Assembly (NCBI GenBank): GCA_964534375.1
Contig: CAZHPN010000102.1
Location: 1 to 20,589 of the forward strand
DNA from: an uncultured bacterium
GTDB taxonomy: Bacteria > Lernaellota > Lernaellaia > Lernaellales > Lernaellaceae
Direction: 5' to 3'
DNA length: 20,589 nt
This document shows, piece after piece, positions 1-7,790 of this stretch (positions are counted from its first letter, which is position 1; the number at the start of each line of letters is the position of its first letter). The notes below the pieces were generated by a model. That model saw nothing but the letters and a program-made list of their open reading frames with translations. It did no database searches and was not told the origin of the DNA. Made by a program: the position numbers and the translations under genes.

Positions 1-32
1 ATTCTACCCTGTTTTCCCGGGGGGAAGGTGTC

Positions 33-704
33 TCATTCACGTTGGCACAGAGGGTCATCGAGGTCGGAGCCTCCGGTCCAATTGGCAATGGCGTAAACAT
101 CCGTTTTTGACGCGCCCCACAGGCCGACGAATTGAGTGTCCATTTGGAGGCCGGCGGGGTATACCCAATACTCGCTCCAGGCGCCGCCGTCATAATGCAA
201 AATGAGCCCGCTGCCCCAGTTTTCTCCGAAAATGTCTCCCCCAATGTATTTCCCGCCGGCGAAAAAAATGTCGTCGGCCGCAGTGCCCCACATGCAATAC
301 AATTGCGCTTGGAAAAACGACGCCGGCAAGTCCGGCATATTCGACCATGCGGCGCCGTCATAATGCAGAAACACGTTGTTCGGGCCGACAAATTCACCAA
401 ACGCATAAACATTGCTCGGCGACGATCCCCAGACGGAAAAAAGGTCCGCGGCCGTTCCGCTGTTCATCAGCGACCAGGCCGATCCGTCGAAATGAAGAAT
501 CGTTCCTTTTTCGCCCACGACGAAGACGTCATCGTTTTTGGAATTGGCGGTGTCGTCGTCGTCATTGTCATCGTCGTCGTTGTACGAGCCCCCGGTGTCG
601 TCATCGGCCGCGCTCTTGCTGTTCGAAGAATGACCGCTGCAGGAAATCGAAAAAAACGACGCTGCGAGCGCCAGGATCAACGCCGCCAGTACCGATTTTC
701 TCAT
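33..704 (-). CDS. Lipoprotein with Asp-rich linker and beta-propeller-type repeats; probably C-terminally truncated
   Basis: ATG at 704 gives MRKSVLAALILALAASFFSISC (lipoprotein-type signal ending in Cys), a Ser/Asp-rich linker, then repeats VFVVGEKGTILHFDGSAWS / LFSVWGSSPSNVYAFG / LHYDGAAWS / LHYDGGAWS. About 3.5 repeats are present before an abrupt end. Similar to 19039..20109. The longer ORF-track start at 839 is not favoured. Confidence 0.8.
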   Translation of the reverse strand: MRKSVLAALILALAASFFSISCSGHSSNSKSAADDDTGGSYNDDDDNDDDDTANSKNDDVFVVGEKGTILHFDGSAWSLMNSGTAADLFSVWGSSPSNVYAFGEFVGPNNVFLHYDGAAWSNMPDLPASFFQAQLYCMWGTAADDIFFAGGKYIGGDIFGENWGSGLILHYDGGAWSEYWVYPAGLQMDTQFVGLWGASKTDVYAIANWTGGSDLDDPLCQRE

Positions 705-938
705 TGCGAATCTCCAACCCGCGCCACGACAAGCGCGGTCGCGTGAGCCGAGCGTTTCGGCTGGCGATCCAGGCCGAAAAACCTCGGCCCACATTCCACT
801 GCGTGGCGGCATTCGATCACTGTGCGCGACGCAGGTCAACGGGGAGATCGCGGTTGTATTCGCGCTCGCCGGGGCTTGCGGCCCGCGGCGGAAAATCGCA
901 TTTTGGGCGCGGATTTGGTTCCATCGTGGAGATGCAAA

Positions 939-1487
939 ATGCGCACGTCAAATTCCGAAACCGAGCTTCATTATGTGTTGATTCCCTGGGACCGCGACGC
1001 CGTGGTCCTGGCTTTCGATCCGGCGATGTTTCCGAAAGTCAGCCACATTTGCCTGCCCGGCGCCGAGCAGCGGCGGCTGTTGCGGGACGCGCGGAAGGCG
1101 GCGCAGATTCCGCCGCTCGCCGAGCAGATGCACGCCTACCTCGCCGGCGAGCGCATCCGCTTCGCCACGCACGATCTCGACCTGCGAGGGTTCACGCCGT
1201 TTCGCCTGGCCGTGTCGCTTGCCGCGGCGCGGATACCCTACGGCCAGATTTGGTCCTATGGCCGACTGGCGGCGGCGGCGAAATCTCCGCGGGCCTCCCG
1301 CGCGGCCGGGCAGGTCATGGCGTCGAATCCCCTGCCGGTCGTGATCCCCTGCCATCGCGTCGTCGGTTCGAATGGCGGGCTCTGCGGGTTCCGCGGCGGC
1401 CTTTCGCTCAAACGGCGGCTGCTGGAGTTGGAGGGAGTCGCCTTGCGGGGCAAGAATCAGGTGGAGAAGCCGAGGAACGGTGGTTGA
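939..1487 (+). CDS. ogt: Methylated-DNA--protein-cysteine S-methyltransferase (O6-alkylguanine alkyltransferase)
   Basis: Motifs IPYGQIWSYGRLA, RAAGQVMASNPLPVVIPCHRVV (active-site PCHRV) and KRRLLELEG. ATG 939 is preceded by GGAG at 928-931. No Ada regulatory domain. Confidence 0.92.
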   Translation: MRTSNSETELHYVLIPWDRDAVVLAFDPAMFPKVSHICLPGAEQRRLLRDARKAAQIPPLAEQMHAYLAGERIRFATHDLDLRGFTPFRLAVSLAAARIPYGQIWSYGRLAAAAKSPRASRAAGQVMASNPLPVVIPCHRVVGSNGGLCGFRGGLSLKRRLLELEGVALRGKNQVEKPRNGG

Positions 1488-1491
1488 GGCG

Positions 1492-1512
1492 GGATTCGGG
1501 ATTCAGGATTCG
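1492..1512 (+). repeat. Heptamer tandem repeat (GGATTCR)x3
   Basis: GGATTCG GGATTCA GGATTCG read directly, just after the ogt stop codon. Confidence 0.75.
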
Positions 1513-1705
1513 CGGCTTTGGCATTGGAGGGTGATCGACGGGAAAGCCCCGCAATCCACGCCCGGGGCGCGGCGCCGCGAACGTCGCGCTTGAAAACTCA
1601 AGATAACTATTTCGTGCGCGCTCCGGCGGATCGGTTGATTTTTCGAATCGCGTAGTGTAGTTTTCTCCGTCCGTCATTCATTCAAGAATTTTCGGGGTGA
1701 GGGCA

Positions 1706-3745
1706 ATGCTCAGTTTTTTGCGGCGTCAAAGCCAGTCGGTATTGATCAAAGGTCTTCTCATCACCATTGCCCTGAGCTTCCTCATCGGTTTCGGCGCGTT
1801 CGGCTACGTCAACCGTTCGATGCGGCGCGCCGGCAAACATTTCGGCGACGAGGCCACTTGGTTGGCGAAGATCAACGGCCAGCCGATTGCGCCGATCGAA
1901 GTGGGGCGGATGCAGGAAGAGCTGCAAACACGTTACCGCCGGCAGTACGGCGAATTCGCGGATACGCTCCTGCAGCGCATGGACATGACCGGCATCGCCC
2001 TGAACAAGATCGTCAATGACCGGGTGCTGGAGATCCTGGCGGAGAAGATGGGCCTGACGGTGACCGACGCCGAACTGGCCGACATGATCTACATGATGCC
2101 GCAATTCCAAAGCGGCAAGGGTTTCGACAGCAACCGCTACATCCAAACCCTGCGCCGGCAGCGCACCACCGCCCCGGAATATGAAGCCAACCTGCGCCGG
2201 CAGATGATCGCCGACAAGTTGCGCACGCTGGTGATTTCGTCCGCCAAGGTGGCCGACAGCGACGTACGCGAGGCCTTCGACAACCAGGAAGACAAAATCA
2301 ACCTGCAGTTCGTGCGCCTGTCGCCGGAGCTGCTGGGCGCGCCCGTTCAGATCTCCGACGACCAGCTCAAGCAATACTTCGAGGCGAACAAGGAAAAGTT
2401 CCGCGTTCCGGAAAAGCGCAAGGTCAACTACGCCACGTTCAAGCCGGCGGACTACGCCGACAAGATCATGATCTCGGCGGATCAGGTCCGCGCCTATTAC
2501 GACGCCAACAAAGACAAAGAATTCAAACAGCCCGAACAGGTGCAGGCGCGGCACATTCTGATCGCCGCCGACGCGTCCGCCGGGCCGGCCGTGCGCGACG
2601 CCGCCAAAGCCAAAGCCGAGAAACTGCGCAAGGAAATCGTCGGGGGCGCCGACTTCGCGGAACTGGCGAAAAAGAACAGCGACGACCCGGGCACCAAAGA
2701 CAAGGGCGGCGACCTCGGTTGGTTCGGCCGCGGCCAAATGGTGAAAGCGTTCGAAGACACCGCGTTCGCCGCGAAGCCGGGCGAGGTGTCCGACGTGGTG
2801 GAAAGCCAGTACGGCTACCACATCATTCAAGTCATGGCGAAACGGCCCGAGAAGGTCCAGGAACTGAGCGAAGTTCAGGACAAGATCCAGGCCGACCTGA
2901 AAAAAGAAGAAGGCGCCAAGCGCGCCCTGGCCGACGCGACGGCGTTCAAGCAAAAGGTGACCGGGACGGCCGATCTGCTCAAAGTCGGCGCCGACCAGGG
3001 CGTGAAGGTCGCGTCCAGTTCCGCGTTTGCGATGAATCAGGCGATTCCGGACGTGCTGCGCGGCATGGAAGCGGCGCGCAAGGTGTTTGAACTGAAGCTG
3101 CACGACGTCAGCGATCCGTTCGACGCCGGCGAAGCGGTCTATGTCTTCCAGGTCGCCGAGGTCATCGATGCGCACCTGCCCGAGTTCGCCGAAGCGGCGG
3201 ACCAGGCGCGCGAAGCCCTGCGGGTCGAACTCGAACAAAAAGCGCTTGCCGAGAAGGCCGCCGGCATCATTTCGCTCGTGCAATCCGGCCAGCCGCTGGG
3301 CAAGGCCGCCGGCGCGCTGGACGTGGAGGAAACGGGCTTGTTCACACGCAGCGGCGGCGCCGTGCCGAAGGTCGGCATGGCCCCGGAACTCATGGAAGCC
3401 GCCTTTACGGCGACGCGGCCGGGGATGGTCCTGCCGAAATCCTACCCGAGCGGCAACGGCGTCGTGGTGGCGGTGCTGAAAGAGCGCGTCAAACCGACGG
3501 ACGCCGAGTTCCAGGCGAAGGCCGACGAGATCCGCGGGCAGTTGGTCGAGAAAAAAGCCGAGATCACGCTGCAGGCGTGGGTCGAGCAGGCGAAAAAGTC
3601 GATGAAGATCCTGACCAACGAGGAGGCGCTCGCCGCCTTGCGGGCTGCCAAGGGTCACGTGGCGGAACCGCGGCAGCAGATGCCGCGGCAACCGCGCGCC
3701 AAGAAGACCAAGCGTCCGAAGCAGGAAAAGCCCGACGAAGAATGA
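1706..3745 (+). CDS. ppiD: PpiD-like membrane-anchored periplasmic foldase (SurA N-terminal domain + parvulin PPIase domain)
   Basis: N-terminal MLSFLRRQ plus one TM helix, SurA-N-like region (AKINGQPI, GLTVTDAEL), and parvulin motifs QVQARHILI, FAELAKKNSDDPGTKDKGGDLGWF, VESQYGYHII. About 679 aa. ATG 1706 preferred over GTG 1697. Confidence 0.9.
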   Translation: MLSFLRRQSQSVLIKGLLITIALSFLIGFGAFGYVNRSMRRAGKHFGDEATWLAKINGQPIAPIEVGRMQEELQTRYRRQYGEFADTLLQRMDMTGIALNKIVNDRVLEILAEKMGLTVTDAELADMIYMMPQFQSGKGFDSNRYIQTLRRQRTTAPEYEANLRRQMIADKLRTLVISSAKVADSDVREAFDNQEDKINLQFVRLSPELLGAPVQISDDQLKQYFEANKEKFRVPEKRKVNYATFKPADYADKIMISADQVRAYYDANKDKEFKQPEQVQARHILIAADASAGPAVRDAAKAKAEKLRKEIVGGADFAELAKKNSDDPGTKDKGGDLGWFGRGQMVKAFEDTAFAAKPGEVSDVVESQYGYHIIQVMAKRPEKVQELSEVQDKIQADLKKEEGAKRALADATAFKQKVTGTADLLKVGADQGVKVASSSAFAMNQAIPDVLRGMEAARKVFELKLHDVSDPFDAGEAVYVFQVAEVIDAHLPEFAEAADQAREALRVELEQKALAEKAAGIISLVQSGQPLGKAAGALDVEETGLFTRSGGAVPKVGMAPELMEAAFTATRPGMVLPKSYPSGNGVVVAVLKERVKPTDAEFQAKADEIRGQLVEKKAEITLQAWVEQAKKSMKILTNEEALAALRAAKGHVAEPRQQMPRQPRAKKTKRPKQEKPDEE

Positions 3746-3808
3746 GTTCGGCGCCCGCGCGCCGCTGGCGGGCCCGTGAAAACCGAAGATTCGGAGTCGA
3801 CGGACTCC

Positions 3809-3838
3809 TTGACGCACGACGGACGGTTCTGCTATAAG
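3809..3838 (+). promoter_or_regulatory. Sigma70-type promoter of the tRNA operon
   Basis: TTGACG (3809-3814), 18-bp spacer, TATAAG (3833-3838) with extended -10 TGn, 14 nt before tRNA-Ala. Confidence 0.7.
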
Positions 3839-3852
3839 AACGGTCCTCTCGC

Positions 3853-3925
<73 letters not shown>

Positions 3926-3968
3926 CTTGATTCGGCCGGCGTTGCCGAATCCGCGTTCTTTCTCGCGA

Positions 3969-4053
3969 GCCGGAGTGGTGAAATTGGTAGACGCACGGGA
4001 CTCAAAATCCCGCGGTCCTTGTGACCATGCCGGTTCGATTCCGGCCTCCGGCA
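3969..4053 (+). tRNA. tRNA-Leu (anticodon CAA), long variable arm; CCA not encoded
   Basis: Acceptor GCCGGAG/CTCCGGC, anticodon arm CGGGA-CTCAAAA-TCCCG, long variable arm, T arm GCCGG-TTCGATT-CCGGC, discriminator A followed by TCA. Confidence 0.97.
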
Positions 4054-4114
4054 TCAATGAAATCAAGGGGTGTCGTGTAATTTCGAGTCGGGGCTCACCG
4101 GAAGTCCTTCCACA

Positions 4115-6959
4115 ATGAAAGAGCGAGCAGACGGGTTGGTCGGGGCGACCGCGAGCGATTTGGGCCGGCGGGTGCTGCTCCTGCTGTTCTTTTTTTCCGG
4201 GGCAAGCGCGCTCGCCTTTCAGGTTGTTTGGATGCGCAACCTGAGCTTGGTTTTCGGTGTGACTTCGTACGCCTCGAGCGCGGTCATCGCCGCTTATATG
4301 GCTTGTCCCTCGGCAGCCTCCTGTTCGGCCGTCTCGTGGATCGCATTGGCAGACCGTGGCTTTTGCTGGGATTGTTGGAAATCGGCATTGCCGTCTGCGC
4401 GCTCGCGTTTCCAGCGGAGCTGGCAATCCTTAAGACCGTTTACGTACGCATCTGGCCCCTTGCGCCCGGTCTAACCGAAATGAGCCTGCTGCGGTTTTGC
4501 CTGGCGGTTGCGGCGCTGATTCCTCCGACGACGCTGATGGGCGGAACCTTTCCCGCGGCCGTCGTTGCCTATTCGCAATACGAAGGCCAACTGGGTCGGG
4601 ACGCAGGGTGATTGTTCGCAGTTAACACCCTTGGCGCGGTGTTCGGCTGCGTGCTGCCGGGTTTGCCCTGTTGGAAGTTTTCGACGTGAACGGCGCCACG
4701 CGGATTGCGGCGGCGACAAAGCTGGCGATCGGCGCCGCATTCCTCTCGGTGGCGATCGCCCGCCGAAGTGAAAAACACGTGAATTGCGCCGGCCAGAAGC
4801 GAGCCCCCGAAAACGGGACGGCGGTTGACCGTGCATCCTTGTCGCCCCGCTTGAAGCTCGCGCTGTGGGTGTTTGGCGTCCAAGGGTTCGTCAGCGTGGC
4901 TTTCGAGGTGCTGTGGATTCGCGTGTTGGTGCTGGTGATGGGCCGCCGCATGTTGATGAGCCACAACACCTACGTCTTTTCGACGATTCTCGCGGTCTTC
5001 CTGCTCGGGCTGACCGCCGGGATCTTGTGGATGACGCGGCGGCTCCGTCGGGTGAAGGACCCGATGACCGTCCTGGCGCGGTTGCAACTGGCCATCGGGT
5101 TGTATGCCGTCGCCTCGCTCCCGACGCTCGAAGGCTTCCAAGTATTTACGATATTGGGCATCCTCGTGCTCGGCAAGAACGTCGCTGGTTTTTTGTTGGG
5201 CAACGTCGCGAAGGCGATGGCGCTCACCTTTTTCCCCACCTTTTGCATGGGCGCCGCCTTGCCGTTGGTGACCGGCATGTACAGGGATGAGAAATCCGGC
5301 ATCGGCCGGAAAATGGCCGTCATCGGCTTCCTGGACACAGCCGGCTGCGTGCTCGGAGCGCCCGCGGCCGCGTTTGCGATTCTCCCTCTCTGCGGCATCA
5401 AGGGAAGCGTCGCTCTCGTCGCGGCCGTCTGCATTGTGATGGGCGCGATGATCGCAATAACATATCCGTCACTGCCCCGTCGTTTCGCGCGATGCGCCAC
5501 GGTCGCCGTTCCGGTCGTCGTGTTCGCGGTCATCGCCGGCCTGTTGCATTTGGCGCGTCCGTTGGTTCTCGACCCATATGACAATGCGAACCTCAGGCCG
5601 ACCCCGCCGGAGTTGCCTGGCGCCAAGGATTTGGAGTCTTTGGTTGGCAAAGCCTTTGCCCCGCACGTGTGGAGCACCTGCGAGGGACGCGAGTCGGTCG
5701 TCTCCGTGACCGAAGAGTGCGGCGTCAAGTCCGTCGTGGTCGACCACGTATCCGCCTCGGACGATTCGGCGGTCAATCGCCCCGGCCACACGATGATCAT
5801 CCATATCCCTATGCTGCTGGCGCCGCAACCGCGCGATGTCCTGCTGCTCGGCTTTGGGATCGGGTCTACGACGCTCGCCGCGAGGCAGTACGGCGCGGCG
5901 GTGGACGTCGTCGAATTGGAAAAATGCGAATTGTCGGTCCGGAAGGCCGTCGCGGACGCATGGCCCGATTTTCAATCCGACCCAAAGGTCCCGATTATTA
6001 TCGACGACGGACGGAACTACGTACAGGCGACCAATCGAAAATATGATGTGATCCAGGCTGGGATCATCCACCCGGGCTTCTCCAGCGGAAACGCCAGCCT
6101 TTACACGCTGGATTTCTACAACGAATGCAAACGCATTCTCCGGCCGGGCGGCGTGTTCTGCCAATGGTTGCCGCTATTCGGTTTGCAGGAAGCGGATTTC
6201 AAGATGCTGATGCGGACCTTCCACGCGGCCTTCCCGCACACGTCCGTTTGGTTCAAATGGGACAGCGATTTCGTGGCGCTGGTCGGCACGCCGGATCCGC
6301 TGCGCATCCGCTGGAGCGATTTCGTCCAGCGCGCCGAACTCCCGAAAGTGCGCGCCGACCTTGACCAGGCGCACGCGGGCTCGGTCCAATCGCTGCTGGA
6401 TTCACTTTTCATGAGCGACGACGCTGTCGGCAAATACACCGGAGAGGGCCCACTGCATACGGACGAACATCCGTTTGTGGATTTCTCATCGGCGCGGCTC
6501 ATCACCTGCAATTACTATTCCACCCTGCTCGGTATGGCGCCGTTCCGGGAACCCGTCGTTCCGCGCATCGACGGCCTCGGCGAATCCGGCCCAGCGCTGG
6601 AGACGGCGCTGGCACCGTGGTTCGCGGCGACGCAAGAGGTGATCCTCGGCCAGATTGCCGAACTGAAATGGCAGCACGAAAACGAACATGCGGCGTTCAG
6701 ATTCGACTCGGCGAACCGGGAGGCGATGCGCCGATACGAACAAGCGCTGGCCATCAATCCGGCGGACGAAAATGTAAAGTTTCACTATTCTATGCTGTGC
6801 GGAAAAATTCAAATGGCGCGGGCCTTCTCCCTTTTGGCAAAGAACGACGAGGAACCGGCGTTGAAGGCGCTCGACGGCATCGGATCCATTAGTCCCGGAT
6901 CGCCGGAGGCATACTTGGCGCAGACCATCGCCGCAAGCCTGAGGCAACGAAGCTTCTGA
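4115..6959 (+). pseudogene. Disrupted fused membrane (MFS-like)/spermidine-synthase-like protein with C-terminal TPR-like tail
   Basis: Protein reconstructs across frames: LFFFSGASALAFQVVWMRNLSLVFGVTSYA (from 4115); frameshift near 4300 to GLSLGSLLFGR...PPTTLMGGTFP; in-frame TGA at 4609-4611 inside G*LFAVNTLGAVFG; frameshift near 4663 into the open 4671..6959 frame with a second TM repeat and spermidine-synthase-like motifs VLLLGFGIGST, VDVVELE, IDDGRNYV, SLYTLDFY, LRPGGVFCQW. Confidence 0.82.
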
Positions 6960-7611
6960 CCGCCGTCAACCCAATATTTCCACGAAGAAGGCGTTTCGAT
7001 CGGGACTGCGCTGCCGCAGGGCGCCGCCGCATGTTTCCGGCGCGTCCCCGAGAATTGGCAAGCCGGCCGGCCGTTTTAACGTGATCGAAGGCGCGGACAT
7101 GGTCGATCGTTCGTAGCGCCGAGCCCTTCTTGCAGCAGTCCCGGGCGATGATCGCTTCGCCGTCGGGCGGCGACGAACCGGCAACGGCGTCGGTCCGGAA
7201 CTTCATAAACTCGGCGAGCGTTTTCGCCGTCGCGCGGGCGGCCCTCGAAACGGTCCGGTATGTACGGCAATGGCGGCGCCGCGCGGACGCTGAAACGCTT
7301 GACAAGCTTTTGGGCACGGGCCAGCGAAGTCAAAGTTTCCCCAAACGTGGTTCAGCTCGCGCGCCGAAGTTGTCATTGCCCAAGGTTGAGCGGTAAGCCC
7401 ATCAGAAGACAAATGAAATCCTCTCGCCTAAAAACGCAGGCGTGGAAGGAGCCGCGCCCGAAGCGTCGACCGCGACGCGATTTCTTGGTGGCTGTCTCTC
7501 AGCGACGCGCGACGGCCAAGCCGAGCACAGTTCGGCGCGGCCGTTTTGTTACTTGACAGTCATCGACGTGGACGAACGGATTCGCCCCGCCGCAAGATGT
7601 TCAAATTAGTC

Positions 7612-7639
7612 TTGACGTCCCATTTGCAGCGTGTACAAT
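7612..7639 (+). promoter_or_regulatory. Candidate sigma70 promoter upstream of the cytochrome gene
   Basis: TTGACG (7612-7617), 16-bp spacer, TACAAT (7634-7639), about 150 nt upstream of ATG 7791. Confidence 0.45.
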
Positions 7640-7790
7640 CGTTCGCTGGGAGTGGATTGGCGTCTACAAAATCGAACAGAAGATCGCTCCGTGGAGCCGC
7701 GGTGGTTCGCACACAGGATCGCGCGGCCGGGGTGTGGGCTGATGCGCCAAGTGGGGAGTAGTTGTTAACCAGCGCTTCAATGTTCAAATA

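Noticed and set aside
347..1534. 395-aa Arg-rich ORF
   Set aside because: Alternative-frame artefact overlapping the lipoprotein and ogt genes.
1589..1610. Sigma32-like CTTGAAA upstream of ppiD
   Set aside because: No matching CCCCAT -10 element at suitable spacing.
1682..3817. 711-aa minus-strand ORF
   Set aside because: Antisense shadow of ppiD caused by GC-rich codon bias; no motifs.
4609..4611. In-frame TGA as selenocysteine or recoded stop
   Set aside because: Lies in a TM-repeat position with no catalytic Cys expected and is flanked by two frameshifts. TGA acts as a normal stop elsewhere in the window.
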